Assembly (NCBI RefSeq): GCF_032191835.1
Contig: NC_083240.1
Span: forward strand, 25,358,001-25,422,000
Reading direction: 5' to 3'
DNA: 64,000 nucleotides
Origin: Heteronotia binoei
Taxonomy: Eukaryota
Below, one piece after another: positions 1-17,975 of this stretch. Under the pieces are notes generated by a model, which searched no databases, was not told the origin of the DNA, and saw only the letters and a program-made list of their open reading frames with translations. The position numbers and the translations under genes were made by a program. Every line of letters begins with the position of its first letter. The first letter of the stretch is position 1.

Positions 1-522
1 GAGGCAGGGACCTCCACACTGCTCAGCTCAGAAATTAACAAGCCTTTGTTAATTTCAAGTCTGATCTGAATAGAGACAGGAGACTGTCCCTAGGCTGATC
101 AGGTCAAACAAATGGAACTTGGGACTTAGATTTTAAATGGGAAAATGTAACTAACAGGGTGAAGTCTGAAGTTTTCAGTATGTTTTCTGCTTTATTGTAG
201 AACTATGCTTTATGCTTGACTGTAACTGTTTTCTGTTTTGCTTTCCTATATTTTAAGCCTTCTGTCTAAAGGAGAAACTGAAATGTACTAATGGTATCTA
301 AACTGTTTCTATCCATATATTTTAAGCCTTCTGTCTAAAGGAGAAACTTGGAGTCTAATAAACTGTTTTGCTTTTCTAAAACTGGAGTCTAATAAAGTTT
401 ATCTATGAGGTCTTAAAACTTACTGGTGAGCATGTATTAGCCTTCTGATAACTGCAGGTTGTTTTGGTTAAGTGCAGGTTTGGGGTTTGTGTTGCTGCGG
501 GGACATGAAAAATCCCGCAACA
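1..522 (+). mobile_element. 3' part of a probable retroviral/Gypsy-type LTR (begins before the window)
   Basis: Ends ...TCCCGCAACA (canonical CA terminus). AATAAA at 357-362 and 391-396. Internal 33-bp direct repeat (247-279, 316-348). No internal retroviral sequence follows. Confidence 0.5.
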
Positions 523-548
523 CCAACCTCTGGCAAGCCTCTCTTTCT

Positions 549-656
549 GGGTGCGTTCACACTACACTAAATAATGCATTTTGCAACTGGATTTTTACTG
601 TGAATAGCAAAAATCCAATTGCAAAATGCATCACTTAGTGTCGTGCGAATGCACCC
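549..656. mobile_element. Palindromic MITE (Harbinger-like)
   Basis: gggtgcgttcacac...gtgcgaatgcaccc fold-back; related copies at about 49668-49745 and 56302-56451. Confidence 0.65.
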
Positions 657-1578
657 TGTCTCTCACATACAAACACACTCTCCCCCACCAGCAGAAAAAA
701 GGGGATAATACTGGCCTATCTTACAGTTGTGGTCTGGGTGAAAAGATACTATGTGCAAAGTACTTTGAACACAAGAAATGCTACTAAAGTGCTAAATAAG
801 ATCCCACTTTTCTCCCAACCCAAAGGGAGATCCAAGGAGGCACACAACAGCCTATTATTGCACCACTGTAATTCTAAAAATGAAAAAAACTGTGAGAGCA
901 AGCCAAGACCAGGGATGCAAAGTTTAATGCACACATGGTCCAAGCCCTGAGGACCAGAAAAGAGATCGAGGAAGTGTTCTGCCTCCATCTTGCTCCAAGC
1001 ATGATGGGTAACTAATGACAGACACCAGCACACACCTGTAAGGATTTCTTATTCATCTCATCAACAGATTCAAGCAATCTTTACCGGGATGCCCAAAGCG
1101 GGTTTCTAGCACAGACTGGCTGGATCGTTTGGATGTCACGGAGCAGCAGAAGAGCCTGGAGCTGCTTTCAAATGCTCTGAACCTAGACAGGTTTATTAGC
1201 AGGAAGAAGAAGGTGGGATTGAGAAAAGGGGGCGGGTGGGCACGTGGCAGGCCAAAGAAAGCCAATTAAGAACCGCAGCATAAAAGACTCAAAGTGCAAG
1301 AAGGGGCAAAACGACAGTTGGAATGAAGGACACTTGTGAGTTGCTCAGCCAAGCAGCACTGAAGTGAAGTTAGTGCATGCTTTGCTAGCCACTGTCACCT
1401 TCTGAAAGCCGGAAACGGACCGTTAATCGATAGAGGGTATGTCACAGGCTGCGAACGACAGCAGCTGTTCACAGCATTTGCGGGTACGGAAGCCAGCCCA
1501 TAAAGCAGATGCTGCCGCCTAACGTCACAAAAATTATCTTCAACAACATGAAGTGGACTGAGACACGCCAGTGGTCAC

Positions 1579-1701
1579 CTGGGCTTTCTTCATGTGGCCC
1601 ACCATTTTCCCCAGATCCTCCACGTCGACCACAGGGCTGCCTACACCTCCGTCCTCGCTGCCGGACTCTTCCTCGCTTGTGGTTTCAAACAGTTCTTCCT
1701 C
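1579..1701 (-). CDS. TYW1: TYW1 exon 7
   Basis: 123 nt; EEELFETTSEEESG...VVDVEDLGKMVGHMKKAQ; CAG|GTGACC donor. Confidence 0.93.
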
Positions 1702-4700
1702 CTGCATCATGGACCAACGGAGAGAAAGGAGAGGAATAATTCTCTGATTAAAGAGCTTCCTGCCAAGTGTTCTGGACGGCAGCGCTTTAAAATCCTTGCC
1801 CAAGCTCCCCAAACCAACACCTGAAGGGTGCTGAGAAAGAACTGAGCCTGGGAAAGCTGGGTTCCAGATCTGCCTTGGCTGTAGGCAAAACATCAACCGG
1901 TTTCCTAAAAACCTACCTCGAAAGGGGGTTGTGGTGGGGGCAAACCAAGAAGCTGCCTTCCACTGCGTCAGATCATTGGTATGCCCCACACAATCTTGTC
2001 TACTCAAGTCAGCAACAATTTTCCCTAGGCTTCTGGCTAAGGAAGCTCTTCTCCCAGCACCTGAGATGCTTGACCTAGCAATGCCAAGAGTAGAACCTGG
2101 GATGCGCTCCAGGCAAAGGGTCCTTTCATGAGCTTGTCCTTCTGCTGAGTTGGCTCGTTCATCCACTTAGGTCAGTGCCATCTGCTCTGACTGGAGGTGG
2201 CTCTCTAAGAAGCCCATATACGGAGGCAGCAACATCTGAATGCCGGTGCTAGGCTGTAAGGCCTCAGCTGTATGCTTTCTGAGGCAGCTGACTGGCTGCT
2301 GTGAAAGAAGATACTCCACTGGATAGATCACTGGCCTAATCCAACAAGGTTCTGCTTATGTCCTTAAGCAGGAAACGGTCCTCCCCAGCCTTACTAGCCA
2401 GAGATCAAACCTCTTCTGCCAACCTACAGTCCTTCCTGAAAAGGAAGGCAAAGATCAGAAGGCAGGGCTTTGGGCTCAGCAGAAGAACCTCTGCTTTGCA
2501 TGCAGAAGGTCCCAGGTTCAATCCCAGGATTAGGAAGTAGCTGGTGGGAAAGACCTCTAGCTGAAACCCTGGAGAGCTACTGCCAGTCCCAATAGACATT
2601 ACTGACTTTTTTAAAAAAAATGGTGTGTGTGCATGCCTGGAAGTCATGGTGACTTCTTGTGACCGCTACTGGGGCACGGAGGAAGTTCAGAGAAGTGGCT
2701 TGATACAGCCTGCCTCCCCCTCAGCTCCTGGTATTCCAAGGAGGTCTCCCATCCAAGTACTTGCCAGAGTTGGCCCTGCTTAATTTCTGAGATCAAGATC
2801 GATGATCTGATTCACTATAAGGCAGCTCCACGTGCAACTGTGTGTGAGTGTAAATGTACCTTAGGTGCAGACAGTCTGTTCTGTCTACTCTGCCTTGTCT
2901 ACTCTGCCTGGCTTTGCAGGGTCTAAGGAGAGAAAAGTCTTCCCAGTTCCTGCTCCCTGAAACCCTTGAACTGGAGATGCTGGGACCAGACATACACACC
3001 TCCTTCTCCTCTTGCCTCAAGGCCCTTTGCTCCTGGTCTGATGCTTCGGGGCTCCCCTTCTTTTTGGACCTGCACCTGCCTTTCTTGCATTTTCCACTGC
3101 AGGGTTTCTTCTGCCCTCTGCAAAGGTCTTGGAGACGAGCGAGGAACTTGGCTTTCCAGGCCTCGAAGTCAGCCTCGATGCTGCCGTGCTTACTCTTGGC
3201 GACGTTGCTGTCACCCTTGGTGCAGGACAGGATGCGGCTGGCCCCCAGCATCCAAAGCCACCTGTCGATGCTTCGGCCCACCTACGGCGCGCCCCCCGAG
3301 GAGAGAGAAAAACACAAGCAAGCTGAAGCCAAGCAGTGGCCGGCACTCAGTGGAGGGCATTCAATTCATGCATATATTGTCCCAGACTCCTCCAGTGCTC
3401 TGAAATGTGAACTCCCGAGGGACTCACAGTGTTGTAGTGGTCAGCGTACAAGGAATTGCCCAGCCCAAAGACTGCATACTGCAAACCCTTCAGAAACTTC
3501 TTGCCGACTCTGAAGTCGTTTGCCGCCTCTTCCAGCCACTTGCAGAACCAGGCGGCGTTGTCTGTTGGCTTCCCATCTGTGTACGTGGCCGCTAGGAACA
3601 CACAGACGGTCTTGCTGGTTGTCTAAAGAGACCGCGGGAGGAAAACAGACATTAGTTTGTCAGTAGGCCAGCCCATCGTGAGCTTGTACGAAAGCCTCTG
3701 GGAGCCGAGAATGCACCAAGAGTAATTTCACTTTTTTTTCCTTACAAAAATGCAACCAGTCCTTTACTCACTCGCTCACTGTGTAGAAATGCATGAAGCG
3801 CACAGCGACACTTGGTGAAATTGCACAAAAACTGCCAGAAGTCTTAAAGGGCAGTTTCATTACAGAGTCTGAGAAGACAGGTCCCTGCCCCAAACTAGAA
3901 TTTGGCATAAGGGAGATGGGGGCAGAACCAACTTTGCAGGCTCCTCATGTTACTATTGGAGATCAGCAGCCTGAGCCAGCCAGCCAGCGCCACCTCACAG
4001 AGTGGTGGTTGCTGTTAGGATACAATAGAGAAGGAGATAATGCTTTTTTTAAAGCTGCTCTGGGCCCCTCATTTGGGAGAAAAGGTAAAGGTAGTCCCCC
4101 TGTGCAAGCGCCCAGTCGTCACTGACCCATAGGGTGACGTCACATCACATTTTCTTGGCAGACTTTTTGTTAATGGGGTAGTTTGCCGTTGCTTTCCCCA
4201 GTCATCTACACTTTACCACCTGCAAGCTGGATATTCATTCTATTGACCTTGAAAGGATGGAAAGCTGAGTCAACTTTGAGTCAGCTACCTGAAACCAGCT
4301 TCTGCTGGGATCGAACTCAGGTTGCGAGCAGAGCTTGGACTACAGTACTGCAGCTTACCACTCCGCACCACAGCGTTCACTATTTGGGAGAAAGCTAGGA
4401 TATAAATACCTAAATACTTTAAAAAAAAACCCACAAACCTCTTCCACTAGAGAGTCATCCGGATCATAGTCTCTCATGTCAATGACTTCTGCTGGCAAAT
4501 TAAGACCGGCCACAGCTTCAGCAAGAATGGATGCAAACCGCTGAAATGGAAAACAAAAAGCTAAAGATTATTTGCGGAAGGCTGGCTGGAGACCCACAAG
4601 CTGGGCCTTGTCATTTTTGCCTCCGGTTATACCACAGAAGCCCTTGTCATTTTTGCCTCCGGTTATACCACAGAAGCCCATTTCCACAACAGCAGAACTT

Positions 4701-6231
4701 GGAATCAGTCCTCAAACTTACTGGCAAGCAGTTCTGAGCAGAAAAGACTAGAAAACAAGGCCTCTAGCAAACAATGTGAAATTAACATATGGAACTCCTG
4801 GCTGCAAGACAAGATGACAGCTAAATGCATAAAGGTCTTTGAAAAATAAGAGTATAGCCAAGTTCAAGGAGAACAGCTCCATAACTGGCTCCCAATAAAA
4901 TATAAAGGATTTTGAAGTGGCGATTGTCCATGGTGGTGAAATGGAACCACCATGTTCTAAGGCAGGTGCTGGTAGCCAAAGTTCAGGTAAGAACCATTGC
5001 CTTTGTGCCCTCTTTGCAGGCTTCCCTGCAAAGAACACTGGATTAAGAAGCATCAAGGAGAACATCCAATGCCCTGACCCTTTCCTGAGAATCTGGACTT
5101 GCAACTTGAGAAGGAGGCATAGCACAGCTCAGTGACAGAGCACCTGCTTTGCCTGCAGGAAGTGCCAAAGAAAACTGCAGGTAATTTCAGTTCAAAAACA
5201 GTTTTCATTCTAAAGCAAGTGGGTCAGCCATGTCCACACTGACTTGCTTTAAAGCTGCAATGAATTTCGGATGCTCCTATAGAAGATCATAAAGTACGTT
5301 GGGTTCTGGTCACAGCACTTGAAAAAGGATACTGTAGATCTTGGAAAGGCGTAGAAAAGAGCAACCAAAAGGATCAGGGGGTTACAGCAACTGTCCAATG
5401 AGGATCAGTTAAAACACTTAGGCCTGTTCAGCCAAGAAAAAAAGGCATGTAAAAGGGGACATGATAGAAGTTTATAAAATTATGCATGGCATGGAGAGAG
5501 TGCACAGGGAGAAACTGTCCCTCCTCTCCTGTAATACTAGAACCTGGGGTCATCCACTGAAACTGAAAGATGGGAGATTCAGGATAAACAAAATGAAGTA
5601 TTTCTTCACCCAGCATATAGCTAACTTGCTGCCACAGGATGTGGTCATGCCCACCAACTTGGGAGGGCTTTAAAAGGGAAGTGGACAAATCCATGGGGGA
5701 CTGGGTTATCATGATGGATGCTTGTTTCCTCCAGTACCAGAGGCATTATGCCTTTTTAAATCGGCTGCTGGGGAGCACAGGCAGAATGATGCTGTTGCAA
5801 TCTTCCTGTTTGTGGGCTTTCTACAGGCTAGCCACTGTGCAAGCAGAATACTGGACTAGATGAGCCTTTGGTCTGAACCAGGATGGCTCCTATGTTCTTA
5901 TGATGGATCTAGAACCTGGGACTCCAGCAGCAGAAGCAAGGCAGTTTATTCTTTGTGCTACACAGAACAGCTCTGCTGGAGAAGAAAGCTGCCGGCCTGA
6001 TCTAGTCATCCATGGCAGTAGCACTAGAAAGGTCAGTGCAACAGCTATTAGCTTGAAGGGGGTCAGGTGTCACAAGGTGCCAATAAGCCCTATAAAGCTG
6101 TTGATTCTGGTCTGAAGCCTCAGATTAAGTTATTTGCAGGCAATCTTCTTACTTAAGAACATAAGAGAAGCCATGTTGGATCAGGCCAATAGCCCATCCA
6201 GTTCAACACTCTGTGTCACACAGTGGTCAAA

Positions 6232-6297
<66 letters not shown>

Positions 6298-9200
6298 TTG
6301 ATTCAATACCCAACTCCTAGTCCTTCTAGAGACACAGATGAACCTCTTCCCCTGTGCCTCAGAATCATAAACTTGGGGTGTTCCTGGAACCCCAGGCTGC
6401 TGATGCACAGGGTTTACTTTGGGCAGGCACCATCTGGGCCCAGGATCAAAGTCCCTTTTCACATCTGGTATTTCACTATAAATACAAGCGCTGCAAAAAG
6501 TGCTTCGGAGCTCGTACAAAGTGCCTTCCCCTCAAAAGGAATAGCCACCTCATGCATATCTGGATGTATTCACAGGAGAGATGTGGATGCAAGAAAAGTG
6601 TCTCCCCCCCCCTCCCATTAGTTTAACCCAACACTCACCTTTGCTGTTCCAGTCTGAGAGCCATAAAAAATTTTCACCCCAGTTACATGGCGGTCCCTGG
6701 TTTGGTCTTTCGCAAGATCATCTTCAGTGATTTTGGAAACCGTTTGGAGGTGCTTTGCATTCTGTGAATTAAACAGAAGAGAAAAAGAGAACAAAATCCT
6801 TGTGCTAAATCTCACTCCGATCAACAGATATCATGATATGTTCATTTGGCAGCCAGAATGCCAGGAACTGCCCAGGCTAGCCCAACCTCTTCAGATCTTG
6901 GAAGCTAAACAGGGTCAATTCTGGCTAGTATTTGGAGAGGAGACCGCCAAGGAACACCAGAGTCACCACACCAAGGCAGGCAATGGCAAACCACCTCTGA
7001 AAATCCCTTGTCTTGAAAACGCTATGGGCTTGCCATAAGTCAGCTATGACTAGATAGCACTTTTCACCACCATGCTAGGAGCTGTACAAGACACAGCTTT
7101 TGCCAAGGTGTCCTGCTGTTTTTCACCTCACACTGCATTGCATGGACCCTGTCCCTGGAATGCCTGCTTATAAACTCCACTTCACATGTCTTTATTTACT
7201 TACAAGCATCCAGGCCTCTTGTCAGAGTTCAAAGCAGACTGACAATGTGTGCAAAAAGATACCCATGTGATAAAGGTAAAAAAAAAGTAGTCCCCTGTGC
7301 AAGCATCAGTCGTTTTCGACTCTGGGGTGACGTTGCTTTCACAATGTTTTCACGGCAGACTTTTTATGGGGTGGTTTGCCATTTCCTTCCCTCGTCATCT
7401 ACACTTCCCCCCCCCCCCCCCCAGCAAGCTGGGTACTCATTTTACCGACCTTAGAAGGATGGAAGGCTGAGTCAACCTGAAGCCAGCTACCTGAACCACC
7501 TTCCGCTGGGATCCAACTCAGGTTATATCCCGCCCTGAGCCACTTGTTGGGAAGGGCGGGATATAAATAAATAAATTAATTAATTAATTAATAATAATAA
7601 TAATAATAATGAGCAGAGGGCTCCGACTGCAGTACTGCAGCTTTACCACAATTAAACACCAGAACAAATTTAAACAGACAACAGATTCATTTACCAAATG
7701 CCCAGCAGCAGAAGAAAGCAAGGGAGCTCTTCCTCACTTGTTTTCAGATTCCATAAAACTGAAGGCATTATGGAAAACAAAATACCTTCTCACTGCCACA
7801 GCACTCACCTGATAGGTGAATGAGACCCCACCAAAGACCTCGCTGTCCTATCTAAGAGGATGAGCAGGTACACATGGAGAAATTTAGTCCTTTTGACCCC
7901 ATATACAAATGCACAGACATCACGAGTCTGCAGGACCATGATGGTGTTCAACTCAATTTTTTTTTAGGTTGCCTTCAACAACCTTGGAAAAATTACTAAT
8001 CAATGAGCTTTCAAAGTATCAGTTACCATTAAAAGAAAGGAAAAGTACAGCAGTTCAATGGCTTCTTTTTTGATAGTAAATTTCAAAGTCACAACAAGAC
8101 TGCAAAGGAAGAGCTGTACAGACCCTATCCTTAATCGCCAGTTGCTGGAAATGACCTTTCTAATAGAGTCAAATAGCTGACAATAAAAATCAAGATGTTA
8201 AAATGGAGCCATATCCTCATGGCAGACTCATGGATGCAGCAGTGTCTAGTCTGACCCTTAAATACTGTTGTAAGACAGCATAGGATGAAAGGATTGGGTA
8301 GAAATTTTCCAATATGTAAAATGAACTGTCTTATTGGGGCCCAGTGAGTTAGCTCTAAAAAACTGGACCCCCAAGGAGCTTGTCTATTTCAACTGAAAAA
8401 TAAAATATAGTTTGGTGGCTACTATGACTCATCTCACTGGGGAAATCCTGACACCCATAAGAAGGGCCAAAGTACCTGTTTTCTGGCTTTTGTGATGAAC
8501 TGGATGCAGAGCCAAAGGCTGAATCCAAAAGCAGCACAGGAGTAAATATAAAATCTATTCAGCCACAAGGACATCAGCTGAGCACCAAGGCCATTCCAGG
8601 TCTCCATGGTCACATCTGAAAGAAAAAGCAAAGCCATCCTTTAGAATTCCCAGAGAAATAGCTTTCTGAGCACAACAGGCTTAAGCGTCCCAGTTAATGC
8701 TGTTACCATCAAACTTCCAACTCTCTCCTCCTTCTTCCATCAAGGCCAACTCTTCTTAGAACCCCCTTCCTAAAAGGCTGTAAAAGGGGTCTTCCTTCAA
8801 ACTGATCTAATTTGAACTATGAACTTTCCTGATACTGTAGCCAGTGTGCTAACCATGACTGCCTCCAATATATCCACTTGACCTCTGGGAGGCCTGTGAG
8901 TAGGCATGTGGATGTGCAGCTGTATTCCTGAAATTGAGTGTTGTGAAACTTACATATGCATAAATAAACCCTACTGATTTAAGTGGATTTTCCATCCAAG
9001 AAAACATACAGAAAATCCACCAGAGATCTAATGCACAACTTACTCAGTAGTAAGGAAGTGCAATAGAGTGCTACCAAGTAAACAAGTATGAAATTGGGGC
9101 ATATACCCTTCACTGAGATAGATCAAGACAGATACTTTAAGGTACTACTGGACTCTTTCTCTTTTCTAAACCTTCATTAAGAAGGTCTTCCAAGGAGACA

Positions 9201-9522
9201 TCCGAGTACAGGACTGTTAAAAAAGAATAATCTGCACACTTATTCAAAAGTATGCCAACCTTCAGGTGGTGGCTGGGGATCTCTTGAGATTATCTCGAGG
9301 TGACAGAGATCAGTTCACCTAGAGAAAATGGCCAATTTGGAAGGTGAATTCTATAGCTTTACATTCATTAAAGTCCTTTCCCTGTGAAAACCCCACCCTC
9401 ATCAGACTCCACCTTCAAAGTCTCCAGGTATTTCCCAACTCGGAGCTGGCAATCCTAAATGACTCTAAAACAAACCTGCCCAGGATCAAAGAAGCCCCCT
9501 TCCTCGCCACCTTTTTACCCAT
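1579..9522 (-). CDS. TYW1: S-adenosyl-L-methionine-dependent tRNA 4-demethylwyosine synthase, 5' partial gene (N-terminal hydrophobic segment + flavodoxin domain); 3' exons lie beyond the left edge
   Basis: join(9519-9522,8476-8615,6639-6761,4439-4540,3428-3622,3000-3281,1579-1701) = 969 nt, 323 codons, in frame with GT-AG introns. Motifs WLNRFYIY, KIFYGSQTGTAK, YAVFGLGNS, HGSIEADF and VDVEDLGK match vertebrate TYW1. The radical-SAM exons are not in the window. Confidence 0.95.
2622..2803 (-). mobile_element. 5S rRNA-derived SINE, degenerate
   Basis: Reverse complement of 5S-like gatctcagaaattaagcagggccaactctggcaagtacttggatgggagacc plus RTE-type tail. Confidence 0.6.
3000..3281 (-). CDS. TYW1: TYW1 exon 6
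   Basis: 282 nt; VGRSIDRWLWMLGA...HGSIEADFEAWK...EEKE; GAG|GTGTGT donor. Confidence 0.95.
3428..3622 (-). CDS. TYW1: TYW1 exon 5
   Basis: 195 nt; TTSKTVCVFLAATYTDG...YAVFGLGNSLYADHYNT; ACT|GTGAGT donor. Confidence 0.95.
4081..4373 (-). mobile_element. Sauria SINE
   Basis: (ACCTTT)n tail and tRNA-like head; same family as 7272, 13256, 14702, 19783, 24912, 54689. Confidence 0.85.
4439..4540 (-). CDS. TYW1: TYW1 exon 4
   Basis: 102 nt; RFASILAEAVAGLNLPAEVIDMRDYDPDDSLVEE; tttccatttcag acceptor, GAG|GTTTGT donor. Confidence 0.95.
4606..4677. repeat. Perfect 36-bp tandem duplication
   Basis: ccttgtcatttttgcctccggttataccacagaagc x2. Confidence 0.95.
5295..5700 (+). mobile_element. CR1 LINE 3' fragment
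   Basis: Degenerate CR1 ORF2 C-terminus (gdMIEVYKIMHG...TWGHPLKLKDGRFR..KYFFTQ). Confidence 0.8.
6237..6296. repeat. (TA)n microsatellite, about 30 units
   Basis: Direct inspection. Confidence 0.98.
6639..6761 (-). CDS. TYW1: TYW1 exon 3
   Basis: 123 nt; NAKH...VKIFYGSQTGTAK; ttcacag acceptor, AAG|GTGAGT donor. Confidence 0.95.
6865..7071 (+). mobile_element. 5S rRNA-derived SINE (5S-Sauria-like)
   Basis: cagatcttggaagctaaacagggtc..ctggctagtatttgga 5S-like head; ttgccataagtcag...gcacttttcaccacc BovB-like tail. Confidence 0.7.
7272..7649 (-). mobile_element. Sauria SINE interrupted by an L2-tail insertion (7525-7610)
   Basis: SINE sequence resumes (gagcagagggctcc) after an 86-nt hairpin+(TAA)n insert. 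Confidence 0.85.
8476..8615 (-). CDS. TYW1: TYW1 exon 2
   Basis: ttgctttttctttcag acceptor; (D)VTMETWNGLGAQLMSLWLNRFYIYSCAAFGFSLWLCIQFITKARKQ; CAG|GTACTT donor. Confidence 0.9.
9519..9522 (-). CDS. TYW1: TYW1 coding exon 1 (ATG+G only)
   Basis: Minus strand GGAGAC-ATGG|GTAAAA. It gives M-D-V-T-M-E-T-W when joined to 8615, aligning with human M-D-P-S-A-D-T-W. Donor is moderate. Confidence 0.6.
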
Positions 9523-15744
<6,222 letters not shown>

Positions 15745-15788
15745 CATCCGGCTGCCTCCCACCCCCCATCTCTCCCAGCAAGCACTGT

Positions 15789-15794
15789 ATTAAA
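15789..15794 (+). terminator. Candidate SBDS polyadenylation signal (ATTAAA)
   Basis: ATTAAA 45 nt after the stop codon, followed by GT/T-rich sequence. Confidence 0.45.
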
Positions 15795-17969
15795 GGCTGC
15801 CCTCATCCTCCTCATTGTGGTTTTAACTTTTTACAGTTTTCCAATTCCAGTTAAAGTTTGATTTGGGTTTCTTTCCCCCCCTTCATCCTCTGATTCACCA
15901 GGGTTGGGGTGTGGTGCCAGTCTGACCACAGCTATCCCTTGCTTAACTCTAAAGAGGCAAAGAACTAGACAGCTGGTTTAATTATGCTGGGGCTTGCGGA
16001 TCTTTCTCCAGGGACTAAGCCACAGCGAATGAAGTGTGTCCCATGTGCCAAAGGGCCATTCCTCTCAGCTGAGAGGGGCAGCAACTCCGTGAGGCGGGAC
16101 CATCTCTGAGAGAAGCAGCTGAGGGCAGTCCTTTTAAATAAGCAACAAGATTTAAATTGGAGCACAGACTTTCCAGGAGGTGGCTTTGCAGAAGCCTTGC
16201 CTAGGGTTCCTGAAGACCACAGCCCCTATGCAAGCCACCTTCTGCACAAGGCTGCTCTGTGAAGGGAAATAACTCTGTTCTTGCAGGCAAGCCTGTAGCA
16301 CTTCTCAGAGACACATGGAGGTCTTGCACACTACAGAGCCTCTGGACTGGGGTTTTAGGAAGAGCTGTTTGCCCATCTTTCTATAGGTAGCTTTGGTCTT
16401 CAGAGACCTGCATAGGACTAGAGCTTGGTAAGCAGAATACCCTTCTTCATTCCAGAGGAGCCGTAACAAAGCACTGATGGGTCTAAAACACTGACAACTG
16501 AGAAAGAGTTGTCCAGATAATTTATTTTTCTTCTGGCAAGGGGCATGTTTACAGTAATATAAAAGTCAGTATTTCTTAGCTATGTGGCCTTTTGATCTAA
16601 CTAATGACTCAGTCAGCGCTCTGATAAACTTCCAAGCTTTTTGGGGTTGTTTTCTTGATCTTAACAATTTATGATTTGAGGGACAAACCAAATGAATGAA
16701 GACACTGAGTGGAAGGCATTATAAAGTGGTAATAAAGTCACTGAATGGAAAAACTGGGAGAGTGTTAATTTCCTCTGCATAGTCTTGTCACATCAAGATG
16801 CAAAAACATTTCTCGACTAAACATTTAACTTGCTCATTCCCTTGAGCCAGGACTTCTCACGAAGATGTCTTGTACATACAACAGGAAGCTACTATAGAGA
16901 ACTATATGCAGTGCTAACGAATAATGCATTTTTTTCTCCTGATACAGCGTGATGAAGAATGGGCTGGACTCCGCCACCCCCGTTAGACTGCTGGTAGTGG
17001 ATTCCAGGTTTGCAGATTTCTTGCATCAATAGAAGCCTGGCAAATAGGAAACCAACCCAGCAGAAAGAAAGGTTGTCTCTCCTCTCCTGACTTCCTAGTT
17101 GCAGGGCATTCTTAATAGAGGGGAGCCTTCTGGAATGTGTTCCTCTGCCCACAGTCTGAAGTGATGCAGTTCACACTACCACCTCTTTCCTGTGTGTGCA
17201 TGAATCTGGCCTTGGAATGAGTTCACACACGTTTAGGACAGGGAGGAGTCACTAGTGGAGACTTTTCCCTGTCGTGGAGTTGTGTAAAGTGAGAGTGAAA
17301 AGCCTGCAAACTTGAAAGGGAACTGTTTGGAAGACACAGCTTGAGAACTGCAGCCACAGCATTCCAAAAAGTGTAGGCCGGAGGTGACCTTGAACCAATT
17401 AAACTCTTAAGATTTTTAGAGACAGGACACAATATATATATTGTGCCCTTCTCCTTCCTCCTCCAAGCAACTGTCTTGCTGTACTCAGTAGCAAAATCAG
17501 GAGATGATGCACGTGGCCATGTACATGCTACCTCCCGGCCTGAAATTTGCCCACATTCGCTGTACCACCAATTGACCAGGGAAACCAGGAGACGGTTGAA
17601 ACAGGTACAAAGAGATGGATCTGGGTGTAATTTGTTTTGGTCCTGTTGTCTTGCCCAGACCTACTTCAGGCTTCTGGCACCCATTTTATTGTTTGTTGAT
17701 ATAAAATGACCAGTTGACAGATAGATAAGAGACCATGGTTTGTTGGTTTAAAAAAAAATAAACACGAGTTTCTTGTATTTCAGTAGTGGCATCCAACTTA
17801 AGCCTGTTGTAGGGTGGGATACAAATCCAGTCAAGGAGGCTGTTAACTTAGCACAGTGAAGTCAATGCAGGTGTTACTTTGTTTGGTTTACTAACCTGAA
17901 CCAGGGGTTCCTTTGGGCAGTTTAAATTTTGTACCTTTAAAACTGACTCGAGTCAAATAAAATAAAACT

Positions 17970-17975
17970 TTTATT
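17970..17975 (-). terminator. Candidate NF2-like polyadenylation signal (AATAAA)
   Basis: Minus-strand AATAAA about 1 kb after the stop, preceded by TGTAAATA (18005-18012) in U-rich UTR-like sequence. Confidence 0.5.

Noticed and set aside
1036-1182. Selenocysteine read-through of the in-frame TGA
   Set aside because: A second stop (TAA) follows in the same frame, there is no selenoprotein-like context, and no SECIS is evident.
1540-2166. 208-aa ORF
   Set aside because: Only 1579-1701 is TYW1-like. The upstream open stretch runs through a degenerate SINE and resembles no protein I recognise.
2854-3513. 219-aa plus-strand ORF
   Set aside because: Antisense shadow of TYW1 exons 5-6.
4606-4677. 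CRISPR-like 36-bp repeat
   Set aside because: Two adjacent units with no spacer, in vertebrate intronic DNA.
6181-6621. ORFs with (YI)n, and the poly-Ile ORF at 24207-24437
   Set aside because: Translations of (TA)n and (TAA)n microsatellites.
16949-17090. Box C/D snoRNA (GTGATGA at 16949-16955, later CTGA)
   Set aside because: Not in an intron, no terminal stem and no recognisable guide. The preceding acceptor-like tract leads only to a 12-codon ORF.
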